Positions 20,625 through 30,831 of a stretch of 64,000 nt of DNA are shown here, in pieces. Both the position numbers and the translations under genes were made by a program. The notes under the pieces are model-generated. The model saw only the letters and a list, made by a program, of their open reading frames with translations. It was not told where the DNA came from and ran no database searches. This DNA is from an uncultured delta proteobacterium. Lineage in GTDB: Bacteria > Desulfobacterota > Binatia > UBA9968. Every line of letters begins with the position of its first letter. Position 1 is the stretch's first letter. The stretch spans positions 960,001 through 1,024,000 of the forward strand of contig CAVYTU010000015.1 of assembly GCA_963771465.1 (NCBI GenBank), written 5' to 3'.

Positions 20625-21701
20625 ATGCGTCAGATCAAATGCAATCGGGCTTTGGTCCTCATGATATTTTATCTCTTGCTTGCGCTAATTGCGGTGCGCG
20701 GGGTCGGCCCCGCTTTTGCCCAAGCTCCGTTTTATCAAGGCAAGACGATTACACTCATCGTCGGCGCTGGTCCCGGCGGGATGGGTGATTTGCGGGCTAG
20801 AGCGCTAGTCTCGGTCCTCGCCAAACATATCCCTGGAAATCCCACTATCACTTTTCAATATATGCCGGGCGGCGGCGGTCGAACGGCTGCCAATCGTCTC
20901 TATACTAACACTCGCGCCGACGGTCTCACGCTATTTCGTATTTCGAGCAGCATCATTCCCTATGCCGTCCTCGGCGAGTCGGGCGTTCAATACGATATCG
21001 ACAAACTCATTTACCTCGGCACCACCGAACACATCCTCTACTATCTTTTCAATACGCGCGCGGAAGCGGGTTTCAACAGTTTGGCTAAGCTCCGCGCCGC
21101 CACCGGTGTCCGCATCGGCAGCGCCCCTGTGGGCCATACCGGCTACATACACAGCCGCTTGACTGCTTACCTGCTCGATTTGAAAGAGCCGAAGATCATT
21201 CCGGGATACGAAAACGAGGACCTCGATGTCGCTTTCGCGCGCGGCGAAGTGGACGCGCAAGTCGCTTCGACGGGCACGGTCGTCGAACAGGATCTAGTGA
21301 ACAAAAAGCTGGCGGATTTCCACGCCGCCATCGAGATACCCAGAGGCAGGAAAGATTCCCGCTTCGCCCATCTCAACCTGCCGGATATTGAAACCTTCGC
21401 CAAGTCGGAAAAAGAGAAAAAGCTGCTGAACATGACGCGCGCGTTCAGATCCATCGGCACCGCTCTGCTTCTGCCTCCGGGAACCCCCAAGGATCGCGTC
21501 GAGATATTAAAGGAAGCCGTGCGTAAAACCCATACCGATCCCGCATTCATCAACGAGTACCGCAAACTCACCGGTGGAGATGAGCCCACGCCGCTGATGC
21601 CCGACGAGCAAGCGAAGGTGATCAAAGAAATCCCGCGCGACGCTGAAACGATAGAGCTATTCAAAAAATTCGCCGGGACCGGACCTCTGCCGTCACGATA
21701 G
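20625..21701 (+). CDS. Bug/TctC-like tripartite tricarboxylate transporter substrate-binding protein
   Basis: Signal peptide; FYQGKTITLIVG..PGG..D, KHIPGNP, MPGGGG, DGLT, RGEVD, PPGTPKDRV. Confidence 0.9.
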   Translation: MRQIKCNRALVLMIFYLLLALIAVRGVGPAFAQAPFYQGKTITLIVGAGPGGMGDLRARALVSVLAKHIPGNPTITFQYMPGGGGRTAANRLYTNTRADGLTLFRISSSIIPYAVLGESGVQYDIDKLIYLGTTEHILYYLFNTRAEAGFNSLAKLRAATGVRIGSAPVGHTGYIHSRLTAYLLDLKEPKIIPGYENEDLDVAFARGEVDAQVASTGTVVEQDLVNKKLADFHAAIEIPRGRKDSRFAHLNLPDIETFAKSEKEKKLLNMTRAFRSIGTALLLPPGTPKDRVEILKEAVRKTHTDPAFINEYRKLTGGDEPTPLMPDEQAKVIKEIPRDAETIELFKKFAGTGPLPSR

Positions 21702-21764
21702 AAGCGACTTGAACGAAGTGTAGCGACTGAACCTTCGGTGAGCTTCCCCTAGGAGCGATCCGGG

Positions 21765-22829
21765 CTACCGCGCGGGGAGCGCGCCATGGTCAGACATTTT
21801 CTTGTAGAGGTCGAGGCTCTCCCGATCGCGCGGCAAATCCTTAAGAGCGCTGTCCATCTCTTCGCCAGTGAGTGGCGATGGATCGCTGCCCATGAGCTTT
21901 TTAAATTCCTTCGAAAACTCAGGGTGATTGAAGGCCTTCGCGGTGGCTACCCGCAAGGTCTTGACGATTTCCGGGGGAGTGGCGGGCGGTAAAACATATG
22001 GCCAACGCAAGTAGAGAAACGAACGAAAGACCTGGATCAATTGTCGCTCTTTTTCATTGCGCGCGAAGCTGTCCAATTCCGGAACTTTGGTAAAACTCGG
22101 ATGGAACTTCCCTCTGGGTATCGTGATGGTTGCATGGATATGGAATGCGCCTTTTTCCAGCGCTTCATTATTCCGGCGCACGACCGTATCGGCGCTGTTT
22201 GTCCGCCCGTCGATTTCGCCGCGCGCCAGCGCGATGTCGAGTTCCGGGCCGCCGAAGCCCACGACGAACCTCGGATCTTTGAGCCCCAGCAGAAAGGCGA
22301 AGATGCGGCCACTGGTGTAAACCGAGTGGCCCACCGTCTGCGCGCCGATTCTGACTCCCGATGCCGCGCGCAGTTTCTCCAAGCTGTCGAGTCCAGCCTC
22401 ACGCCGGGTAAGAAAAACATAAGGATCGCCGCTCTCCGTAGAGCCGAGAAAAATGAGTTTGTCGAGATCGTACCTTGCCCCTACCGTGCCAAGGAGTGGG
22501 CCGGTGATGATCGGCGTCCCCGCCGAGGCGATCGCGAGTCCGTCGGGTTTGGCGGATGAATAAATGTGGTTCACCGCTTTCATGCCCGCGGCGCCAGGCA
22601 TGTTTTCGATGACGATATTCGGTTCTCCAGGAATATTTTTCCGCAAAAAAGGAATCAGCGCCCTGGCCTGCATATCGCCAGAGCCACCAGGCTCCCCACC
22701 CCTGATGATGGTAATGGTTTTCCCCTGGTAGTACGGCGCCTGAGAATAAGAAGAGCCGGGGAAAACCCATGCGCTACCGAGTCCTAAAGCCAATATCGCT
22801 ACCCTTAGCGACGTGATTTCAAATCGCAC
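21765..22829 (-). CDS. Bug/TctC-like substrate-binding protein
   Basis: YYQGKTITIIRGGEPGGSGD, NMPGAAG, KPDGL, RGEIDG; GTG start after GGAGGT. Confidence 0.9.
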   Translation of the reverse strand: MRFEITSLRVAILALGLGSAWVFPGSSYSQAPYYQGKTITIIRGGEPGGSGDMQARALIPFLRKNIPGEPNIVIENMPGAAGMKAVNHIYSSAKPDGLAIASAGTPIITGPLLGTVGARYDLDKLIFLGSTESGDPYVFLTRREAGLDSLEKLRAASGVRIGAQTVGHSVYTSGRIFAFLLGLKDPRFVVGFGGPELDIALARGEIDGRTNSADTVVRRNNEALEKGAFHIHATITIPRGKFHPSFTKVPELDSFARNEKERQLIQVFRSFLYLRWPYVLPPATPPEIVKTLRVATAKAFNHPEFSKEFKKLMGSDPSPLTGEEMDSALKDLPRDRESLDLYKKMSDHGALPAR

Positions 22830-23066
22830 GATTTCACCTCCGCCTTCTGCCGATTTTCGGGCCACTCTTATCATCGCGCCCCATGAAAGGGAATGGATCC
22901 AAAATTTCTGAATGGATAGTGACTGTAGTGAATTTTATGTCTGATTCTAGTTGTCCTAGTCCTCCCTCAAGTACTATTGATAAGGCGCGTTATCAAAACT
23001 TCTTATTGGACAGGTCGTGTTCGATTTGCTTATATTGCTCTGGGTTAGGAAAGGTGAAGGTGACTC

Positions 23067-24461
23067 ATGGGCGCCACTGAGAAAATTGCTCGGTTCATAT
23101 TCGACACCAACTACGAGAACATATCGCGCGACGTCGTGGAGAAAGCTAAGCGCACGGCGCTAGACTGCATGGGCGCTGCCCTCGCCGGCATAGTCGAGCC
23201 GGTCAGCCAAACGATCACCGCTTACGTAACGAAACTCGGCGGCCAGCCTCAGACATCCGTATTTGGTGCTGGTCTTAAGGTTTCGGTGCAAGAAGCTGCC
23301 CTGGCCAACGGCGTCATTGCCCACGCTCTGGATTACGACGACTGCGGTGTGAAGATCGGCCACCCCAGCGTCTTGGTTTTGCCAGGCGTGCTAAGCCTCG
23401 GCGAGCATCTGGGAGCCTCGGGGCGGGATATACTGACGGCCTACATCGTCGGACTTGAGGTCGAAGGCAAGCTCGCGCTCCACGCCGACTTCAAGCTCAT
23501 GCAGGCCCGCCTGAATCATCAGACATGGTACGGTTCCATCGGCGCGGCTGCCGCCTGCGCCAAGCTCCTCAAGTTGGATGTCGCCAAGACGAGAATGGCT
23601 TTGGGCATCGCCGCCAACTTTGCTTGCGGCCTGTCGGCCAATCATGGCAGCATGGCCGGGGCGATGGCGGCGGGCAACGCCTGCCGCAACGGCGTAGTTG
23701 CCGCGCTCATGGCCCAAGAGGGAATCACGGCCAACTCCAACATCATCGAAGCGAAGAACGGCTTCTACGACACGCTGGTGGGAGCAGGCCACTACGACGC
23801 CGAGCGCATGGCGGAGAGTCTGGGCAATCCCTTCTACCTCGAATCTCCGGGCATCGGGCTGAAGAAATATCCAAGCTGCTATCACACTCACCGGGCTCTC
23901 GACGGAGTGTTCCAATTGTTAGGCGAGCACCGCCTCAGCGACAAGGACATCGCGGAAGTCGACGTGGGCACCTCGGAGCGCGCCATGCGCGTGCTTTCCT
24001 TTTCCGAGCCGGAAACGCCCTACCAGGCCAAGTACAGCATGCCTTACTGCATCGCCGCCGCAGTGGTGGACCACAAGGTGACGCTCGAAACTTTTACAGA
24101 CCATAAGTTCGAGGATCGCAACATCGTCGAGACAAGAAAGAAGATTCACCTTTCCTTCCCCGATGTGCCCATCTGGCCCGGCCTCGCGGACGTCGGCCCA
24201 GACACCGAGTTCGTCGGCAATCCAGTAACGATCCGGACGACCGACGGCCGAAGCTACGGCGCACGCGTAGACATCCCGCGCGGCGACCCAGCTCTGCCGC
24301 TGACCGACGACGAGTTACTAACTAAGTACCGCGACTGTGCGTGCAGTCAATTGCGCCCGGACGACATAGAGCACAGCGTAGGCTTGGTTCTCGGGCTAGA
24401 TAGTGTGGCAGACATCGGAACGCTGATGGCCACTCTTGGGTCGGCCTTGCACAAGGCTTAA
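23067..24461 (+). CDS. MmgE/PrpD family protein
   Basis: AALANGVIAHALDYDD, GHPS, KKYPSCYHTH, AKYSMPY, PRGDP. Confidence 0.93.
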   Translation: MGATEKIARFIFDTNYENISRDVVEKAKRTALDCMGAALAGIVEPVSQTITAYVTKLGGQPQTSVFGAGLKVSVQEAALANGVIAHALDYDDCGVKIGHPSVLVLPGVLSLGEHLGASGRDILTAYIVGLEVEGKLALHADFKLMQARLNHQTWYGSIGAAAACAKLLKLDVAKTRMALGIAANFACGLSANHGSMAGAMAAGNACRNGVVAALMAQEGITANSNIIEAKNGFYDTLVGAGHYDAERMAESLGNPFYLESPGIGLKKYPSCYHTHRALDGVFQLLGEHRLSDKDIAEVDVGTSERAMRVLSFSEPETPYQAKYSMPYCIAAAVVDHKVTLETFTDHKFEDRNIVETRKKIHLSFPDVPIWPGLADVGPDTEFVGNPVTIRTTDGRSYGARVDIPRGDPALPLTDDELLTKYRDCACSQLRPDDIEHSVGLVLGLDSVADIGTLMATLGSALHKA

Positions 24462-24618
24462 TATTTGAGGCGCTAGTTAACTCTAGAATCACAAATAAAG
24501 TTTTGAGCCCGTTCCGATGCGGCTGTAGCAATTGTGGTCGAGTCGACCAAGAATAATTCAATACTCAAACGCGACGACCGAAAAATCGATGCGGCGAGTT
24601 AATTCACGCTTATCCGCG

Positions 24619-25030
24619 TCACCATTCCTTTCGTTTCTGGGCGACGTTTTTCCAGATTTGGGCAAACTCGGGATGGTCTCGTAAATAACCGGCGTAGCGT
24701 TGTCCGAATCCAGACATCATCTCCGCTCTTCTCGGCGGCTCCGCAGGATACAAGCGGATAACGAACCGACCCCGCTCATCCGACAGGGCGAAGCAGGGTA
24801 ATACTAGCGCCTCTAAATATTCGATGGTCTCAATCAGCCGCCCATCGAGAAAAAACTTTCCGTAGAAAAATGGGATCTCGAACTGCGGCTCGCCTTGAGA
24901 AAATCCGCGTATGGATAGATGGACGACCTCATTGCGCCCAAGCGCGCGCTGGATCTTTGCGAGTGCCTGCAAACGTTGGCGGCGATCGTCGCCGTAGTTG
25001 ATATGCCCCCAACGGGCATAGGCGAATGCG
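24619..25030 (-). pseudogene. C-terminal fragment of a lysophospholipid/LpxL-like acyltransferase
   Basis: ALGRNEVVHLSIRG...IPFFYG...VLPCFALSDERGRFVIRLYP...YAGYLRDHP; N-terminal part replaced by NRPS sequence. Confidence 0.55.
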
Positions 25031-26143
25031 GGCCATGATTCGCATGGCCTGCAAAGATTCGCCGCCAAGGTCATAGAAATGGTCATGGACATCGACAGCC
25101 TCGTGCTCGAGAATTTCCGACCATATGCCAGCAATGGTTTTTTCCATCGGTGTTCGAGGTAACGTAGCGGGACGGCTGTTATCACGGTACGGACGACCCG
25201 GTGCGGGCAGCGCCTGGCGGTCTATCTTTCCGGAAGTTGTCCTCGGCAAAGCTCCTAGAACCACGAACGTCGATGGGATCATGAAATCTGGCAGAGTTTC
25301 TGCCAGCGCCTGGCGCAAGGTCATGTTTGTCGGGCCAGGAAAATTGGCTGGGACAATATAAGCTATTAAATAGTCATACCCGGCATGGTTCTGGTGCGTC
25401 ATCACCACAGCTTCCTTCACGCTATCCAAGCTTCCCAGCGCCATCTCGATCTCGATCAGATCGACGCCATGACCGCGGATTTTAACTCGGGCGTTTTTTC
25501 GTCCTAGGCACACGAGACTGCCATCCGGATTCATCCGGCCGAGATCGCCGGTGTAATATGAACGCGGTCCTCCCGGAGCATCTGCGGGGCGAAAGACGGC
25601 ATTTGTCAGCTCCGGCCGACGCCAGTATCCCGAGGCGAGATAACGGCTCATGACGACAATCTCTCCAACCTGGCCGGCTTCGACCTCCTTCCCATCGTCA
25701 TCAAGAAGCAAGATTGTCTTGTCCTCCACGGGATAACCCACCGGTACAATTGGCCCTGTAGTAACCGTGTCGTGATTCATGCAGTAGAACCTGATCGTTT
25801 GCGTTTCACCGGAAGCCAAGCCGTTCACGAGCAGACAGTGCGGAGGAAAATGTCGTTTGTATAGTTCGACATCCCGCTCTTGTATGGTTTCACTGCCGAG
25901 GCGTATCAAACGAAGATTGGGAAACGTATCCGCGTCACCGAGAACATCGACAAACGAGCGGAAAAGCGACGCGCCCATGACGGTTATCGTGATCTCTTCG
26001 CAGCGCATCAACGCGACCAATTCATCCAGCCCTTTTTGCCTTACTTCGTACGGAAAAAGTGATGCGCCGTTGAGTATCGCCATGAACATGTTTTTCATCG
26101 CTTGAGAGGTACCCAAGGCAAGAAACGTTACGCGATCCTCAGC
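25022..26143 (-). pseudogene. 5'-truncated adenylation domain plus first half of a carrier (PCP) domain, inverted
   Basis: NGLASGET, GEIVVMSRYLASGYW, YYTGDLGR, VKIRG, LPRTTSGKIDR, FYDLGGESLQA; N-terminal A-domain motifs absent. Confidence 0.85.
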
Positions 26144-27169
26144 AAGCCCTTCAACGTGGACGTGGACCTTCAGTGCTTGGTAGATGCTCCCACGGTGGCG
26201 GAAATGTCAGTCTATATCACCAAGTGTTTAGTGGCAGGAATGGAACCTCATGAACGCGATCTCTTACTGAAGAACCAAAAGGAGGAAAAAAGCGATCGAA
26301 GTACGGAGTGGTCCTACCTAGTGCCGATACAACCCGGCAGTCATAGACCGATATTCGTATGTCCCGGTGGTGTTGGAGGCGGAGGGGGAGAATTTTTTGT
26401 GTACGCTCGGTTAGCGCATCACGTCGGACCGGAGTATCCCTTTTATGGCTTGAGGCCACGCAGCGCCGACGGGAAAGAGGCATCGCACGCAACCATTGAA
26501 GAGATGGCTCGCGACTATCTTGCGGAGATTCGATCGCTTCAGGCTGAAGGACCTTACACGGTGCTCGGAGAATGTGGCGGCGGACTCATCGCTTATGAAA
26601 TCGCGCAGCAGCTACGCAGCTAAGGGCAAAAGCTTGCTGCGTTAATTCTAATGGATACGCCGCGACCCGATGCGTCGATGGATTTTGGTAAGCGCATGCG
26701 TTTCTTTCGTGGACACATTGGTTTCTTTCTTGATCGCTTCCGCGGCAATTACTATGTCGAAAGACTGGGCATTCACCGCGAGCGATTACGGGCGCTCAAC
26801 GGGAAGGGGAAAGTAAGTTATTTCCTGAAGAAAGGAAGCACGGTCTTTGCCGAACTACCACAGATTCAACAGAGCCTGATGAACGAAGCCCGGAGTCGGG
26901 ACGTTGAATATGTTCAAAGAAGCTATACCCGGACCATCTATAGTTACCGCCCGAAACCGTACTTCGGCAAGGTGACTTTGTTGATCAACGAAGAAACGTA
27001 CCAGAGCAGCCCGAATCTGGGTTGGGAGGGTCTGTTGAAAGGAGAGATTGAAGTCCATAAGCTCCCTGGTGATCACACCTCCTATATCCGAGACCATGTC
27101 CGGATCGCTGCCCAAAAAATACGAGAGTGCCTCGAAAAAGCCGAATCTCAGGTCGGCAGTCAAACTTAA
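26141..27169 (+). pseudogene. second half of PCP plus thioesterase domain, in-frame stop at 26621-26623
   Basis: FNVDVDLQCLVDAPTVAEM (PCP end); LVPIQPG, GPYTVLGECGGG, RS*GQKLAALILMD, YRPKPYFG, LPGDH. Confidence 0.85.
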
Positions 27170-27206
27170 ACGTCATACTGGCGGCAAAGGCACGCACGGC
27201 GCCCGG

Positions 27207-27656
27207 CTAGCCTCTTCTTTGGAATGCGCGAATCGTATCCTGAATCTCAGTGGCTTCGGACTTCCACAACCCGTTCACAAAAATCGGCTGACTCCCGCCG
27301 GAGGTTTCGATGCATACATCGGATAGGAAAATGCCATTGTTAATCCGAACTGAAGCTACAGCGCGATAGTTGATGCGTTCCTCGCTGGAGCCGATCAACG
27401 CGCCCTTTCGGAATACCATGCCATCGCTCGCCAAGGTCAAAATGTCCCGAAAAAAGAAATTGCCGGACGACCAACGGCTCGATCGATAGCTCTTCTCGGC
27501 GAATTGAACTGATGCTTCGGAGGTCGTTGATGGCGTGGGCGGTTCGTCGCGGCTCTCGGCAATAAGACGCCGCTTCGCATCCGCGAACTCTTGATCGTTA
27601 AGATGTCCTTCTTGGTGCAGCTCGGCGAGCTTACGAAGTTCGTCGGTGAGATTCAT
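27207..27656 (-). CDS. SHOCT domain plus bacterial PH-like domain protein
   Basis: DELRKLAELHQEGHLNDQEFADAKRRL (SHOCT); EERINYRAVASVRINNGIFLSDVCIETSGG. Confidence 0.8.
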   Translation of the reverse strand: MNLTDELRKLAELHQEGHLNDQEFADAKRRLIAESRDEPPTPSTTSEASVQFAEKSYRSSRWSSGNFFFRDILTLASDGMVFRKGALIGSSEERINYRAVASVRINNGIFLSDVCIETSGGSQPIFVNGLWKSEATEIQDTIRAFQRRG

Positions 27657-27683
27657 ACTCGTTTGAAATACTCTCAGTGTAAG

Positions 27684-28106
27684 CTACTGACGCACTGTGT
27701 ATGATTTTATCAATGCCTCTGAGATATCGGCCACCCAAAAAGCAAATTGATTCGAATTCAATCGATGGTTAGTTGTTCTCCACACCTCTCTGCCATTGAT
27801 CACAAAAACCAGGGCGCTTCCGCTCTTGGTCATTTGCAGGGTGTCGAAACCGTTTTCGCCATTGATGCTTATATCTCCTTCTGAAAACCGTGACCACGGC
27901 GCGTAGGTTCGGCTTCTTCCGGGGCCGATCGAATAATATCCTGCTCCATTCGTAGAGTGGAGAGTAAACAGGAGAAAATCATCGGGACTGTAATTCCAAG
28001 CGATGCCGTAGCGGGTCGAACCGCCATTTTTGGTCGATCTAATTTGAAAATCGATGGAAAAATCCTTGCTGAGATCCAAATTGTCCACTCTAAATGGACT
28101 GGGCAT
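27684..28106 (-). CDS. beta-sandwich (ConA/lectin-like) domain; probably the frameshifted C-terminus of the TIR protein
   Basis: All-beta pattern DFSIDFQI...YGIAW...LVFVING; starts 4 nt after the TIR stop with no RBS. Confidence 0.55.
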   Translation of the reverse strand: MPSPFRVDNLDLSKDFSIDFQIRSTKNGGSTRYGIAWNYSPDDFLLFTLHSTNGAGYYSIGPGRSRTYAPWSRFSEGDISINGENGFDTLQMTKSGSALVFVINGREVWRTTNHRLNSNQFAFWVADISEALIKSYTVRQ

Positions 28107-28110
28107 GTAA

Positions 28111-29013
28111 CTACCCGCGATTACTTATCTTCAATTGGAAATCGGATGAATTAAAATTGTGCGTATTCTCCTGCCCGCCGCGCTTATCGACAAGACCCGA
28201 GTTCGCGGGTTTTCTCTCGATCGGCGATGAGTCGGGTAGATTCTTCGGGGTCGACGGCGGCGCCGCGGCCACCTTCGGAGCGTCGGCTGAAAGCTTGCCT
28301 TTACCAGCCGCAGCGTTTGCTCTAGCATTTTCCGCGTCAGGACTGAGTTTGTTCGCTTCACTGTTGGCAGCGGCAAAGCGAGCTTCGATTTCGGCCTTCA
28401 ATTTTTCTTGAGAAATTTTTTCGTAATACAAAAATCCACCGACCGCGACGGCGATCGCGACCGCACCCGCTCCGGCAATTGCGAGCCAAGGCTTCTTCGC
28501 GGGTTGTGGCGTCGGCGCGGCTGAATCGGCCTTGGCGCCTGACGGCGTGTCATTTCGTGTGACCAGACCTAACCGCTTGAACAACTCCTGGACATCGGAA
28601 TCCCAACGGTTGTGGCTGAGCTCGAAGCCATTGCGGTACGGCAGGTCGCTAAGGTCTTCGGGTAATTGTTCGGCGGTGGGCATTTGCGCGCCGTGCAGCA
28701 GCAGCGGTGTGACCGGAATATTGCGCTTGAGCGCCGCGGCGATCTCTATGCGCACGAAATCGCCGGGATTGTCGAGTCGGCGCCGACCTGCCTTGTCCTT
28801 GCCATCAACCCAGTCCCGTCCAATCAGCGCCAACATCACATCACAAGTCGCCAGCCGTTCCTGAAGGACCGCGCGGAAGTCCCGTCCTAAGCCAATGCTG
28901 TCCACGTCCATAAACACCGAGTCCCGGCCCAGCCTGGCCACCAGATCCTGGAACAACGCTCTGGCTTGACCCTCGGTATCTTCCCTTCGGTAACTGATAA
29001 AAACTGAACCCAC
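28111..29013 (-). CDS. TIR domain protein with transmembrane helix
   Basis: VFISYRRED, VFMDVDSI, CDVMLALIG, DFVRIEIAAAL (catalytic-position Glu); TM WLAIAGAGAVAIAVAVGGFLYY. Confidence 0.9.
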   Translation of the reverse strand: MGSVFISYRREDTEGQARALFQDLVARLGRDSVFMDVDSIGLGRDFRAVLQERLATCDVMLALIGRDWVDGKDKAGRRRLDNPGDFVRIEIAAALKRNIPVTPLLLHGAQMPTAEQLPEDLSDLPYRNGFELSHNRWDSDVQELFKRLGLVTRNDTPSGAKADSAAPTPQPAKKPWLAIAGAGAVAIAVAVGGFLYYEKISQEKLKAEIEARFAAANSEANKLSPDAENARANAAAGKGKLSADAPKVAAAPPSTPKNLPDSSPIERKPANSGLVDKRGGQENTHNFNSSDFQLKISNRG

Positions 29014-29133
29014 AAATGTCTCCTAACTTGTCAACTCATGGTGAACGATAAAGCAACCGCGGTAATATTTCTAGTTAAAAAAAGCGGACACCGCCCTCGT
29101 CAGAGAGCGAAACCGGTTTTCGCGGCGCTCACG

Positions 29134-29851
29134 TCACGGCCGGTCATCCAACTCTGGATAGTGGCGAAAGATCCCTTCCTGATTAAACGGCAAGCGCCGC
29201 TCGGACGCGAGATAGTGCGGCGAGCCGCGGGCGCGCTGCGACTCGGTCATGCAGCGCGATCACGCGTCGATGTTTGCGTTCCTGCTTGGTCATCGCGCGT
29301 GGAAAGGCGTAGCGCAACCCTTCGATCATCTGGAACAGCGAGAGATCGACATAGGACACCGCGTTGCCGACGAGCACGCGGCTGCCGTTCCGTTCCAAGA
29401 CCTGCTCAAAGTAACTCAGGAACTTCGGCAGACGCTCGGCCCTGAAATTCGCCGCGCGCCGCTTGGCTTCGCGCTTTTGCTCTTCGTAATACAAGCTGCC
29501 CGCAACCGGATGATGGCTGTCGTGAACCTCGCCGACCCAATCGGCGATGGTGAGCTGCAATTGATGCGCCCAAAGACGGCCGGCGTCTTGTTTCGGCGCG
29601 AGGCCAAGGCGCGGGCCGAGGAAGAATAAAATGTTCGCGGTCTGGGCGATGACCAGCTTGCCGGCTCTTAAAAACGGCGGCGCGAACGGCGGTAGTTTGA
29701 CTGATCGGCTTTCTATAAAGCGTGACATCGCCGCCATGCCGCGCGGTCGCCGCGCGACATCGACGTAATCCCCGCCGGCGTCTTCCAAGGCGAGCCGAAC
29801 AAATTCTCCCCGTCCCTGTATGCCAGGCCAATAATACAACTCGTAGCGCAT
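29134..29851 (-). CDS. glutathione S-transferase; 1-nt frameshift near 29215
   Basis: YYWPGIQGRGEFVRL, FAPPFL, QTANIL; expected tail YLASERRLPFNQEGIFRHYPELD lies in the shifted frame. Confidence 0.9.
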
Positions 29852-30030
29852 GATTTTCCTCCGCGAGACTCCAGTCTAGATCAATGAGAAGACAAACCTA
29901 TCAAGTAGCTAAGCTTTATTCGTTTACCAAGGGATTGGCGCGGAGCCATTCCACAAGGATGTTCTGGAAATCGAGGAACGTCAGTTCGGCGACTGAAAGT
30001 TTCAGCGACATTTCGGCGGTGCCGGCAAAC

Positions 30031-30681
30031 TTAGCGCGAGGATGGCGCTTTGAAGAGACGGCGCAGCACGAAATGGGTTGGCAAGTAAATCGCCACGGCC
30101 ACGGCCATGAGGAACAGTAACCACAGCCGTGGCGACATCATCGTCTGCGGATGCTTGTCATCGAGTCCGTAGACGTAATTGATGTTGACCGCCCAGTTGG
30201 GGTGATCGGCGGAAGGTGGCGGCGCCGGCGCGAAAAGGTAGGAAATGAGCAAGACCACGATGGCGACTACGGACTGTGCGCCAAGCGCTCGCCGGTCATA
30301 GCCCAACCGCGACACCAACCACAATAGAAAGAAGGGCAACCAGCCGTGAAATAGCGAGAGTGCCCGGAGAAAAACCGGGATGCTCGAATCGAGCATATAA
30401 GCTGTGACGCCGGTGATGTGCACGCCGGCAATGAGCCGACAGAGAAAATCGGCCACCCAGATCATCTGAAGGACCGTAATGGCGAGCGCCTGCATACTGA
30501 CCAGCAGCGGGCTTTCGATCCAGATCGCCACGGCGGTAACGAGCAACGCGATGTCGCAAAAATAGAGAAAGTTCCACGGGCTATAAGTTACCCAGTAGAA
30601 CGGCACAACGAGCGCCACGAAAGCGGAGTACGCCACCTTCACCCAGATCGGAATGACTGGGTGGTTGGTTACCATTGTCAT
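30031..30681 (-). CDS. multi-pass membrane protein of unknown function
   Basis: About 6 TM segments; NFLYFCD, LSLFH, NINYVYG motifs. Confidence 0.8.
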   Translation of the reverse strand: MTMVTNHPVIPIWVKVAYSAFVALVVPFYWVTYSPWNFLYFCDIALLVTAVAIWIESPLLVSMQALAITVLQMIWVADFLCRLIAGVHITGVTAYMLDSSIPVFLRALSLFHGWLPFFLLWLVSRLGYDRRALGAQSVVAIVVLLISYLFAPAPPPSADHPNWAVNINYVYGLDDKHPQTMMSPRLWLLFLMAVAVAIYLPTHFVLRRLFKAPSSR

Positions 30682-30831
30682 GATGGACGATTGCGGATCG
30701 GCTGTGGAAGGCAAAAAACGCTTGCCGTGAAGGTGACGATATGGTTTTAGTCCGCTAAATCGCTGCCAATTAAAATTGTTTTCGCCCGTTGCGGCTTCGA
30801 TCGACTAAGTTCCGCCGGCCCCAATGTTCGC

